64,000 nt of DNA from Bacteroidales bacterium (GCA_017964255.1 JAGCSI010000146.1:5860-69859); one strand, 5' to 3'. Numbered from the stretch's first letter, positions 52,297 to 61,524 are shown. The notes: generated from the sequence alone by a model not told the origin. Numbers and translations: made by a program.

Positions 52297-55200
52297 ATGT
52301 CTAGATCTGAGAAAATAAACAACAAAATAAACAACATTGTCTCAACCAATGCTTTCAACGACAGATTTACGTCGTTGACACGTTCTATTAAGATTTTTCT
52401 TCCTTCCAAAGAGTCAAATAGAAAAGACGAGGTTGAAAATAACAATTTTGATGATTTTGTTGGACGTGAGCGTTTGATGGAACGATTGTATAATTGGCTT
52501 TCTGACAAAAATAAAGATAGCGGGTCTTATTTGGTAACAGGTTTTCGAGGGATGGGCAAAACAAGTCTCGTAACCCGAGTAACAGATCGGTTAACACGTG
52601 AAATTAAGCAGAAGAGTGAGCGATACTACTTTATATTGCTCTTGCTACCTTTACTGTGTCTAGGAATTATTTATTCAATTGACATTGTCAATACACTCCA
52701 AGGTTATGTTTATGTGATTTTTTTCATGTCTCTTTTCCTGCCTCTCGGGTGTTTGGGATACTGTAACAAGTATAATAAAAAAAGATACAAGTATCCCAAT
52801 AGGGATAAATTTGAAGAGGAACATGTCAGTAAAATGGCAAGAGGTAAAGACGATGACAAGAGCGAAAAAAAATATAGCAATATCAAGGTTTCAATTAATT
52901 TAGGCCACGAAGTACTCAATGAACGTGATGTCTTGAGCATGATTGCAACCAGTGTAAGGAACAAATACAAGGTGTTCGTCAAAAGCATACAGCCTCATTT
53001 TTTTCACAACATGATAATTGTACTCATTGTGGGAATATTTGGCGCTGGTGGTGCTCTTTGGGTCGAAAAAGAGGTTGTTAATGTGGCTGGATTTAAGAAA
53101 TATTCAGATAATATAGAAGTATATCGAGAGAAAGCTGTTGATTGTAATGCTGATGGTGAATTTCTTGAAATCGAAGGTAATCATGGCGAATCGTGGTTTC
53201 CGAGATTAATGTACAACATTGGACATGCTTTTCATGAAACATACAGGAATAACCCCTTTTCAAGAATGTTGTTCAAATTTTTAATGTATGGTTCTTTTGT
53301 TGCCTTATTTTGGTGGTTGGGAAGTTTTTTAAATTTGTTGATACCAAGACGCTCAACGCCACGAAAAGTTCTTCGACGGCTTGATACATTAGTGGAACGG
53401 ATTGTAGCCACTACCGAGGAGGTGTCTGGTGCGACATCTGTTGCTGAAAAAAATGTATTGTCGGTTTCTTTCTTCAATAGACAAAGGCATAAGATTAGGC
53501 CTATTGCTGATATTCGAGAGATTGAGACTGAATTAGCTGAAATTATCAATCAGATTAATTCTGATGGGTGCCCAAACAATTATAGAGCTCACTTTATTGT
53601 CGTGTTTGATGAAATGGATAAAATTGATCCTGCAATAATGGAACAACACAATGTTAATGAAATGCCGGAATTTACGGATTCTGTGAAAGGATTTCCGGAT
53701 GGCATGGATTCCCGCGAACGAAGGAGAAATGTGTTGAAACTATTGGCAAACATCAAACTTTTTGTTTCGACAGCTAAAGCAAAGTTTATCTTCATCTCTG
53801 GCCGTGAACTTTATGATGCATATCTTGCAGATCTCAGTGATCGCGACTTTGCCATCAGCAGTATTTTTTCAGGAGTTATTAATGTGGATAGTTTCCTTAC
53901 TCCGGAAGGTGGGCAAACAGATGTACGCTCCATGTCGGAATGGTACATCGCTAATCAATTGATACCATTTACATGGCTCAAGGAGAAAGAAATAATGAAT
54001 GCTGAAGGGAGAATGAAAGGACAAAGTGAAATGAATAAGGAAAAGGCTGTGTTAAAACAAGAACGTCCCTCCTTGCGTTGGTATTACGAGTATTTGGTTG
54101 ACGAATGCAAAAATGACCCTCAAGAAGCTACTTATGTCATAGGTTTTCTCCATATTTTTGCTGCTTATTTGACACATATCAGCAATGGATCTCCTAAAAA
54201 GATTTTCTTGTATTTTGACAAATACATTCGACTTGCCAAAGACTGTTTGCCCATGAATGACTGGAAGGATGAGTGTATTGTGGGGCAAGAGATAAGGAGT
54301 GATAAGAGACAAAGAGTACTTTTTTTTGAGCCTATTCAGCAGAAAACCATTAATTTTGTTTATTATCTCTCTAATCCGATCATGGGTACCATAACCAATG
54401 ATATGAGCAATTATGGAGACCGGTTCTTGGTTTCCTTATCATTTATCATTGACCATATCTATAAGTATCACAGCCGAAGTTTTTCTTGGCGAAACTTGGA
54501 GCAAATTCCTGATCTGCTGAAGACCAGTAAAGCACCAGAACTTCGTGATGAGATGACCTCAATTATGGAGTATTTGACGCAGGTGCATATTTCTCCAATA
54601 CTCATTGGATTGAACGAATATAAGTTTCACAAAAGCATTGCGGAGGAGATTTCTGTAATGTCAAGAATGTCAGATGAAGCTTCTGCCATTTTTAATTTCA
54701 CACTAGACGAATCGCTGTCGGTAATTCAATATAACACCCGTCTGCTCAATTATTATAAGAAACTTGATAAAGAAAGTAGTCAAGATAATAATACACAAAA
54801 AGAACAGAAGTACATGCCCCTTATTGCCCGTATTCATTCTAATTTAGGGGATTTGCATTTCTGGGATGAGGATTATTACTCTGCGACATTGGAGTATAGG
54901 GCAGCTATAGAGACGCTTCCTGACAGCAATGAGGATGAATCTGGATTTCTTACACGGGTTAGGTGTATGTTAAAATTAGGACTTGCCTATGAATTACGTA
55001 AACTTTATCCCAATGCATACCAAACTTATTGTCGTCTCATTAATTTGTTGATTAGCAAACGTTGGGTCCACGAAGAAGAATTTGGTCTTTCAGTGATGGA
55101 TGCTCGTATCAAAGGTTGGCAAGAGAAGCGTCAGGTAATGATATATCCCCCTACACCAGAATATTCTTGGTATGAAGACGCAAACTTCGCACATCAATTC

Positions 55201-57897
55201 AAACACCCTTTGTTTGAAGGTAATTACAATCTTCCGGAAAATACATCTTTTAGTGCTAATTTTGATGGTATTATATCGACTTTTGCCAGAGACTTAACTG
55301 TTCAAAAGTCACAGACTATCAATACCCTCACTCTTTTTGAGGAAATAAGGTATTTGTATCAGTCAATTCTTGCAAAATTAAGCATCTTGGAAAAAATGGG
55401 TATGAGTGGAATCACCCAAACTAATATTGATGTAGCGGAGGGAGAATTCAGGACAATACATAAGAGTGTAAATTTCAGAGAGAAATTTATTATTGCTGCT
55501 GATTTTTTTAGAAAACTGGCAGAGATACTTTATTACAAAAACAATCTTACAATTTTAACACAGAACCAAGATGCCTTTTACGTTTCAGCTTATTATTTTG
55601 ATCAGGACTTAATGGCTAATCTTGACGATTTTTGCACACAACGTAGTGACAATGCACATACTTCAAAACATGATATAAGATATTTCTTTTATATACTGAA
55701 TAATTCAGCATCTGATAAAATACCAAAAGTAGATTACTCTTCACTAGGGAATCGGTGTACATTGGATCGCCTTTATCAATATCTTGATGACAATGTTGAT
55801 TTTTTTCTTAACGATGATAAGACCTTACAAGCGGAAAATAGAAAAATAGATAGGGAAAGGGTTGCTAAAAACGTCAAAAGATACCTGAAGTACAACATTG
55901 AAAATGTGATACCTAATTCCAGAAAGGTCCTTTATTTTAGAAGTGTTGAGGCGTGTGATAATCACAGCAAATTGCTCCGTCAATGTGGGTTGCGAACGCC
56001 TTGTTATGCTTGTAAGTATTATGTGCGTAGTCTTCGGATTTTGGCAGATAATATGTTTGTAGATAAGGATGTACTGGATAATACGATTACTAAATCCATG
56101 GGTATCATTAAACATTCGTTCAAAAACAAATTGCTTTATACTAATTCAAGCAATATTCGAGCATTGGCACAGACTCTAGAGGGTTTTGGTAATGTGATGT
56201 TTTCATGCGCTTCGGGTAATAATCGTGAAGGGAAAAAGCACTATTCGCCGAATGGTATTAGCAGGAGCGTCATAAAATTATTGCAGGAATTAAGTTTTAA
56301 GGATACTGAGAAGGAAGAGTTGGAGACAATAATTGAAGGGGAAAAAGAATTAATGAAATGCCTTCCCTTAAGTCGTCTTGATAAAAGTATTCTATATTAT
56401 TGGGATGCATATCGGTTCTATCTGATGGATGCTTGTTACAACGATGCTGTTGGCTGCTTGAACAAAATTCTCAATCTCCTTGTCTATTACATAGAAGTGT
56501 TGTGTTATTATGAAGATGGGTCTAATTTACAATGGGGAGATGAAAAAGATACTGTTGTTGCATTGATTGGAGATAAAGAGTTCAATGATTCTTTTATAGC
56601 AACTCTTTTTCATTTGATTGTGAGGTACACAAGTTATAAATATGACCTAACCAATTTAAGTGAAATAAATGAGTTGAAATGGATATACAGTAAGGAGATT
56701 CGTCATAATATAGACCTTACCCGTTTGTCTTTGTTTCCTGCTGTACGTTCTGCGTGGCTTCGTGCAATTGAAATCCGGGCAAAAGGACTCCGCTTTCTTG
56801 TCAAACAAGGATTCATGGGATATGAACAAGATGATTATCTGAAATTCATTAAATTGACATACCCTCTCATTACTCCTCAACGACGTTATGAAACAACATT
56901 CTATGAAGAGGTTATGGGATATTATACTAAAATGAGGTATAATGACCATATAATGAACATTCTCTTTGGGGGTAATCCGCTTATTGACAAAAAAGCAAGG
57001 GATTATTCAGACAAATATCACATTGTTTTCTATGAGAAGTTATACGATTTTCTTGACTCTCGTGTTTTTTCTGTAAAAAAGGATTATCAGTTTTTTGATA
57101 TTGATATTGAACATGATGTGAATAAGCGTTTGGACTTGATTGAGTTTTTGATTCACGATTCGCTCGTTTGCATTACCAATATGGTTAATGTGTTTACACC
57201 GCACAATCATCTAACATCATATTCGAAGAGTTTTGTCGGTGTTGTATATAACTTTTTTTGGGAATGGTCACGAAAATATGAATTTTTATATACTCTGTAT
57301 CAGTATCATGAACTTATAAAAAAAGGATGTAAAAAAGAAGCCGAAAAGATTGTGGGAAATATATGGGGTAGCAGCAGTGTTCAAAGTGCTGGTGCGGGCG
57401 AGGGGTTAAGAAGACGTTTGGGGCAAGCGATGAGTAAATGTAGCGATTGGATTACACAGAATGAAACAGAAACGGAAAAGGAAAGTCGTTATGGTTCCCG
57501 AAGTGATCGCTTATACGAGCGCTTGCGTCATGACATAGATGACATAACCATTAATACTATTTTTAGTAATTATGCGGCCGAAATGGCATTGAAATACTAT
57601 CAAAAAGCAGTGGAGGCTAATACGGAAGGAGAGTCATACAGGGAAATGATAGGTGCAATGCATTTTTTGAATGATGACCTTAACAATGATACGTGCCAAT
57701 TTAACATTGCATGTGATAGATTCCTCCTCAATTGTGGAGTTGTTGCTGAGCAACACCGTCGTCTTGAGAAGCTTTACAAGAATTCGAATGTTTACAGCCT
57801 TCGCAAGGCATATATTGAAGGTCCAGACAAATTGAGCAGAGAAACTATTGCCCAAAATCAATTTGACAGGTCGCAATTTATTAATTCAGAATATTAA
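52297..57897 (+). CDS. Giant KAP-type P-loop NTPase (TM helices inserted between the Walker A and B motifs) with a ~1400-aa helical-repeat/TPR-like C-terminal region
   Basis: 1866 aa. Walker A GFRGMGKTS is at aa 82-90 and Walker B FIVVFDEMD at aa 433-441. Four hydrophobic segments lie between them (aa ~110-130, 137-156, 235-255, 323-349). TPR-like stretches occur further downstream (YYSATLEYRAAIETL, LGLAYELRKLYPNAYQTYCRLI). Confidence 0.75.
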   Translation: MSRSEKINNKINNIVSTNAFNDRFTSLTRSIKIFLPSKESNRKDEVENNNFDDFVGRERLMERLYNWLSDKNKDSGSYLVTGFRGMGKTSLVTRVTDRLTREIKQKSERYYFILLLLPLLCLGIIYSIDIVNTLQGYVYVIFFMSLFLPLGCLGYCNKYNKKRYKYPNRDKFEEEHVSKMARGKDDDKSEKKYSNIKVSINLGHEVLNERDVLSMIATSVRNKYKVFVKSIQPHFFHNMIIVLIVGIFGAGGALWVEKEVVNVAGFKKYSDNIEVYREKAVDCNADGEFLEIEGNHGESWFPRLMYNIGHAFHETYRNNPFSRMLFKFLMYGSFVALFWWLGSFLNLLIPRRSTPRKVLRRLDTLVERIVATTEEVSGATSVAEKNVLSVSFFNRQRHKIRPIADIREIETELAEIINQINSDGCPNNYRAHFIVVFDEMDKIDPAIMEQHNVNEMPEFTDSVKGFPDGMDSRERRRNVLKLLANIKLFVSTAKAKFIFISGRELYDAYLADLSDRDFAISSIFSGVINVDSFLTPEGGQTDVRSMSEWYIANQLIPFTWLKEKEIMNAEGRMKGQSEMNKEKAVLKQERPSLRWYYEYLVDECKNDPQEATYVIGFLHIFAAYLTHISNGSPKKIFLYFDKYIRLAKDCLPMNDWKDECIVGQEIRSDKRQRVLFFEPIQQKTINFVYYLSNPIMGTITNDMSNYGDRFLVSLSFIIDHIYKYHSRSFSWRNLEQIPDLLKTSKAPELRDEMTSIMEYLTQVHISPILIGLNEYKFHKSIAEEISVMSRMSDEASAIFNFTLDESLSVIQYNTRLLNYYKKLDKESSQDNNTQKEQKYMPLIARIHSNLGDLHFWDEDYYSATLEYRAAIETLPDSNEDESGFLTRVRCMLKLGLAYELRKLYPNAYQTYCRLINLLISKRWVHEEEFGLSVMDARIKGWQEKRQVMIYPPTPEYSWYEDANFAHQFKHPLFEGNYNLPENTSFSANFDGIISTFARDLTVQKSQTINTLTLFEEIRYLYQSILAKLSILEKMGMSGITQTNIDVAEGEFRTIHKSVNFREKFIIAADFFRKLAEILYYKNNLTILTQNQDAFYVSAYYFDQDLMANLDDFCTQRSDNAHTSKHDIRYFFYILNNSASDKIPKVDYSSLGNRCTLDRLYQYLDDNVDFFLNDDKTLQAENRKIDRERVAKNVKRYLKYNIENVIPNSRKVLYFRSVEACDNHSKLLRQCGLRTPCYACKYYVRSLRILADNMFVDKDVLDNTITKSMGIIKHSFKNKLLYTNSSNIRALAQTLEGFGNVMFSCASGNNREGKKHYSPNGISRSVIKLLQELSFKDTEKEELETIIEGEKELMKCLPLSRLDKSILYYWDAYRFYLMDACYNDAVGCLNKILNLLVYYIEVLCYYEDGSNLQWGDEKDTVVALIGDKEFNDSFIATLFHLIVRYTSYKYDLTNLSEINELKWIYSKEIRHNIDLTRLSLFPAVRSAWLRAIEIRAKGLRFLVKQGFMGYEQDDYLKFIKLTYPLITPQRRYETTFYEEVMGYYTKMRYNDHIMNILFGGNPLIDKKARDYSDKYHIVFYEKLYDFLDSRVFSVKKDYQFFDIDIEHDVNKRLDLIEFLIHDSLVCITNMVNVFTPHNHLTSYSKSFVGVVYNFFWEWSRKYEFLYTLYQYHELIKKGCKKEAEKIVGNIWGSSSVQSAGAGEGLRRRLGQAMSKCSDWITQNETETEKESRYGSRSDRLYERLRHDIDDITINTIFSNYAAEMALKYYQKAVEANTEGESYREMIGAMHFLNDDLNNDTCQFNIACDRFLLNCGVVAEQHRRLEKLYKNSNVYSLRKAYIEGPDKLSRETIAQNQFDRSQFINSEY

Positions 57898-57909
57898 AAC
57901 CATCAGAAT

Positions 57910-58893
57910 ATGCGAGAAAAAATAAAAATTATAGTTAGAGCAAGTTTTGATAACATGGGAACTGTTTCGGTCACTGATGTAGCAGAACAAACCAAGATAG
58001 ATCCTGTGGAAGGGGATATTTATGAAGTGGAAAAAGGGGTGGACTTATATTTGATAGCCAATGCAAAAGAAAGCCATCGATTTGTTGTGTGGAACGATGG
58101 TACGATAGAAAATAATCGCAAAATACAAGTAACAGAAGAAAATGAATATATGGCTGTTTTCACACCAATAACCAAATCGAACTGCCTATGCCTACTGTTA
58201 AATAAACTATTACATGCTAATCCTATTTCTGTTCAAACTTCGTTTGCAGGTAACGAGTCATTTAACAATGCCAACAGCAATATTTCCAATCAAGGTAATG
58301 CTAAAGAAATAGAAAATAAGACGAAAAATTTAATTTTTAAAGGATTCAATCCATTTTGGATGTTCTTGATATTGTTATTGACAATTATTTCGATATCTTG
58401 GTTTTTGTTGAGTCCATTGAAACATTACATTGAAGAATTGAATCATTTGGATGCTGTTGATTTTATTCAGAAAGCAGGGCCTATACTTTTGTATTGCGTC
58501 ATAATAGGCGTGATTGTTATGGTGTCAATCATTATGGCTGTTAGAAGCCTTCTTCCGTATTTTGGGAAAAAGTTAGATTTTGAGCAAAAAATGTGGGAAC
58601 TCCAATATAGGAATCAAATTCGATTCCAAGATGAAGACCGAAAATATGAGCGTCTCGGTCATGAAATGGAGATGGCTCTCCATGACAAGAAGGAAAAGGC
58701 TATAATTGAAGAGAATGTGCGTGACAATGAACATAAGCGCAAACTAGATATTAAAGAGCGAGAGCGCATTGCTGAATTGAGTAAAGTTATACTTGAGTTG
58801 GCCAAAATAAAAAATACAATAACTATTAAAGATTCCGATTGTAATAATAAGACTATTGTAATTGAAAAGAGTGTTTTGACAAATGACAAATGA
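57910..58893 (+). CDS. Two-TM protein with an N-terminal beta-rich domain and a charged coiled-coil tail; partner of the giant NTPase
   Basis: 327 aa, starting 12 nt after the giant ORF. The N-terminus (HRFVVWNDG...YMAVFTPI) is reminiscent of InlB B-repeat-type domains. The TMs are FWMFLILLLTIISISWFLL and ILLYCVIIGVIVMVSIIMAV. The tail is rich in E/K/R. Confidence 0.65.
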   Translation: MREKIKIIVRASFDNMGTVSVTDVAEQTKIDPVEGDIYEVEKGVDLYLIANAKESHRFVVWNDGTIENNRKIQVTEENEYMAVFTPITKSNCLCLLLNKLLHANPISVQTSFAGNESFNNANSNISNQGNAKEIENKTKNLIFKGFNPFWMFLILLLTIISISWFLLSPLKHYIEELNHLDAVDFIQKAGPILLYCVIIGVIVMVSIIMAVRSLLPYFGKKLDFEQKMWELQYRNQIRFQDEDRKYERLGHEMEMALHDKKEKAIIEENVRDNEHKRKLDIKERERIAELSKVILELAKIKNTITIKDSDCNNKTIVIEKSVLTNDK

Positions 58894-58948
58894 GTTTTTT
58901 TAACAAAAAGGGGATGTTTACAAGAACCAGATATTTGAGTGCTGAATA

Positions 58949-58973
58949 CAAAAAAAGCAGGATTTCTCCTGCT
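58949..58973 (-). terminator. Intrinsic terminator for the minus-strand tRNA-like gene
   Basis: On the minus strand, the hairpin AGCAGGA-GAAA-TCCTGCT is followed by a T-run of six (seven counting the last stem base). It lies about 23 nt downstream of the tRNA-like 3' end. Confidence 0.5.
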
Positions 58974-58995
58974 TATATATAGTTGTGTAATGAAT

Positions 58996-59080
58996 TTTAA
59001 GGTGGGGGATTCGAACCCCCGAGCCAGGGAAGGCTTCCTGATTTTCAGTCAGGTGCATTAAACCACTCTGCCAACCTTCT
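58996..59080 (-). tRNA. Type-II (long variable arm, Ser-like body) tRNA-like gene with anticodon GAA and a defective acceptor stem; possibly a pseudo-tRNA
   Basis: The minus strand reads AGAAGGT-TG-GCAG-AGTGGTTTAA-TGCA-CCTGA-CTGAAAA-TCAGG-AAGCCTTCCCTGGCTC-GGGGG-TTCGAAT-CCCCC-ACCTTAA-A. The T-arm, anticodon arm and variable arm are well formed. Pairs 1:72 and 2:71 are A-A and G-A mismatches. Confidence 0.6.
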
Positions 59081-59136
59081 ATATTTTCTTTTGCAAAAAT
59101 CATGCCAATCTCAACGACTGACATAATGACAGTTAG

Positions 59137-59307
59137 CTTTGCGATAGTGACGGGTTATACCTTTTTCTTGAAGAGGACGTGGACATCACATATATCCAGC
59201 ATATTTTGGGCCACAGTTCCATCTCCACCAAGCAGATATACCTGCATGTTAATCTCTTCCGGCAGCGCGAGATTTTGAAAAATTACCATCCTCGGAATCG
59301 GATATAA
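59137..59307 (+). pseudogene. C-terminal remnant of a tyrosine recombinase/integrase
   Basis: The translation LEEDVDITYIQHILGHSSISTKQIYLHVN matches the integrase box II region (LLGHSS..T..IYTHV, including the catalytic Tyr). An upstream in-frame stop lies at 59134, and no N-terminal part is present. Confidence 0.75.
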
Positions 59308-59362
59308 TGCAATGAAGAAAATGAAAAAAAAATCTCATTACGTTTTATAAGATAAAAAGTTG

Positions 59363-59370
59363 TATTTTTG
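59363..59370 (+). promoter_or_regulatory. Candidate Bacteroidetes -7 promoter box (TAnnTTTG)
   Basis: TATTTTTG lies 55 nt upstream of the ATG at 59425. Confidence 0.4.
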
Positions 59371-59424
59371 CAAAACTGTTTTGTATCGGACAATATTGGT
59401 GAAAAGTAGTAAAAAAAGAAAAAG

Positions 59425-60159
59425 ATGACATACTCATTTAAACCTGTCGAACACCATATCTATCAGAATACTTTTCTGAAAGATGTACGTGTTGCGGTTG
59501 AGTTCTCACCGGTTGATACTGATTCTGTGAAGAAGGATCAGTTACAGAAATTCTTTAATAAATTTAAGGGAACGAACATCGATGTGAATGATTTCCTGAC
59601 GAAAGAAAACATCAGTGTTATTTCTAGCAATAGGGAGGTGGAGTTCCTCTTTTCTTTAAGTTATGCCGAGGCAAAGTTGAGTACTCCTTTCTATAGTACT
59701 TTTGACTCTGCCATCCAGTATTGGCAGTTGTTGCTTGATTACATGAATGCTATTGGAGTATGTCGGATGGAGGGGATTATGGTTCGCAAATACAGTGAGT
59801 TCTCTTTCCGAAGTAATAATGCTGATTTTAAGTTTAAAGATGTGATGAGCGAGGTTTTTAGTGGTGAATTGATGGAAAAAATACCCCAAAACACTTCTTT
59901 TAACGGGCTAAATAGTTTTGAAAAAACATGGATGGAAAAGGATGAAGACAGTGGCTCTACTTTTAATGTCGTTTTTGGTTTTAAGAAAGCTGATACCAAT
60001 ACTAAATATGACCATCTGACGCTTGTAACATCTTTAGAAATGAACAACGGTCCCATTGGTCTGGATGGTTTTATAGATAAAATCAAAGAATATAATGCGA
60101 TTTTGTATAATGCTTTTCATTGGTGTGTAAAAGAAGAGATTATAAAAGAAATGAATTAA
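59425..60159 (+). CDS. Hypothetical protein (possibly TIGR04255-like; weak)
   Basis: 244 aa. It is the first of three tightly packed genes. It has no recognisable catalytic motif. Confidence 0.55.
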   Translation: MTYSFKPVEHHIYQNTFLKDVRVAVEFSPVDTDSVKKDQLQKFFNKFKGTNIDVNDFLTKENISVISSNREVEFLFSLSYAEAKLSTPFYSTFDSAIQYWQLLLDYMNAIGVCRMEGIMVRKYSEFSFRSNNADFKFKDVMSEVFSGELMEKIPQNTSFNGLNSFEKTWMEKDEDSGSTFNVVFGFKKADTNTKYDHLTLVTSLEMNNGPIGLDGFIDKIKEYNAILYNAFHWCVKEEIIKEMN

Positions 60160-60165
60160 GGAACG

Positions 60166-60747
60166 ATGAAAAAAACTTTATATACTGCACAAACATTTTC
60201 CCTGCGTGAAGACTTTAAGAGGCGATTGCGTAAGGGTGTGATGATTGCATTTATGTTTACTGCAACAGTGGCCAGTGCGTCATCTGTTGATAGCTACGAT
60301 GTTGAAAATAATGTTGTGAATACAGAAACAATAGCAAGAATTCCAACAAAAAGCACGCAGACCAACGGTATTATATCTGTTGAGCTTTTGGCCGATAGTT
60401 ATCCTGAGTTCAAAACCGTGCAGGCATTCGATAGACTTATCACACGTTTACCCGAGGCTTTATCTATGGAACCTGTAATGCGTTTTGTGACAGAGGGTAT
60501 AGGGAACATTGATGCTGAACGTGTTGTCATGGATTGTGATACGGAAAACGAGGTGTTAAATGTTTCGTACAAATTGCGTGACAATATGCTTCTGTCTATT
60601 TCCAAACCGCTTGAAACTATGAATGATCAATTTGTGATGTTCAATGTGTATCATGGTCGGGATCTATTGGTATCGGATAGTGCCAGCATAGAATTATTAT
60701 CGGAGTATATTCATAACGTTGAGAATAGAATCAAAGAGTTGGCATAG
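60166..60747 (+). CDS. Hypothetical protein with an N-terminal membrane anchor or signal
   Basis: 193 aa. A basic stretch is followed by the hydrophobic segment GVMIAFMFTATVASASS. Confidence 0.55.
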   Translation: MKKTLYTAQTFSLREDFKRRLRKGVMIAFMFTATVASASSVDSYDVENNVVNTETIARIPTKSTQTNGIISVELLADSYPEFKTVQAFDRLITRLPEALSMEPVMRFVTEGIGNIDAERVVMDCDTENEVLNVSYKLRDNMLLSISKPLETMNDQFVMFNVYHGRDLLVSDSASIELLSEYIHNVENRIKELA

Positions 60748-60750
60748 CGA

Positions 60751-61524
60751 ATGGCAAAACCGCAATACCCAAACGAGATTCTTCCACAACAAGGTTGGCG
60801 GCAATGCATCTGCACACAAGATTTGTTGGATAGTTGCCCTGACGCAATGTTGGGTCGGAAAATGGATGGTACGAAAGAACAATGTATCAATCCAGAAGAC
60901 GGCTCTATATACATGAACGTTTTACCAACAGGAAGCATTCCCAATCTTTCATGCAGTTTGTTGGGTACTTTCTTCAAAGTGGATCATCTTCACTTCTTGC
61001 CAGACAATGCGGGAAAAGCCGCTTGGGAGGAAGGAACACTTGTGGGTAAGGAAATGCTGTGTGAAGAGAATTACTATCATTTTCCTGAAGTTACCGTTGT
61101 GGGTTGGAAAGTGAAGGACGTTTCTAGTAAGGAATTGCCATATAATCGCACGTTTGAGAAGCCACAGTTATATGAAGAATTCAAAGAGGAGGTTGAAGAT
61201 GTAGCTGAAATACGCAAGATGGTCGTTTATTTAGATACTTGGGAAAAACTGAAAACCAATCCAGCCAAAAAAAAACAGCGTATTGTTGAGGTTATGGGTG
61301 TAGCTAAGGTGAATCATGCTCCAACGATGTTGAATTATTGGCATTTCACCATTGATATTTATACTGCCGAAAATGACTTGGATCCATTGTTGAAGGTCAG
61401 TGATGGATGGCGTAAGTATATAGCGGCAAATCTATGCGACTTCTTGAGACGTTCCTATGATATTATTACAGACGATGCTCAGGTTGCGCCTGTTGATAAA
61501 AAATCGTTGTGGGTTAAAGAATAG
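60751..61524 (+). CDS. Hypothetical protein
   Basis: 257 aa, starting 3 nt after the upstream gene. The N-terminal third is Cys-rich (CICTQDLLDSC, C at several positions). Confidence 0.55.
   Translation: MAKPQYPNEILPQQGWRQCICTQDLLDSCPDAMLGRKMDGTKEQCINPEDGSIYMNVLPTGSIPNLSCSLLGTFFKVDHLHFLPDNAGKAAWEEGTLVGKEMLCEENYYHFPEVTVVGWKVKDVSSKELPYNRTFEKPQLYEEFKEEVEDVAEIRKMVVYLDTWEKLKTNPAKKKQRIVEVMGVAKVNHAPTMLNYWHFTIDIYTAENDLDPLLKVSDGWRKYIAANLCDFLRRSYDIITDDAQVAPVDKKSLWVKE

Noticed and set aside
58996-59080. Calling the tRNA-like gene a normal tRNA-Phe(GAA)
   Set aside because: The long variable arm and the Ser-type D-loop are incompatible with tRNA-Phe, and the acceptor stem has two mismatches. It is reported as a tRNA-like or possible pseudo-tRNA instead.
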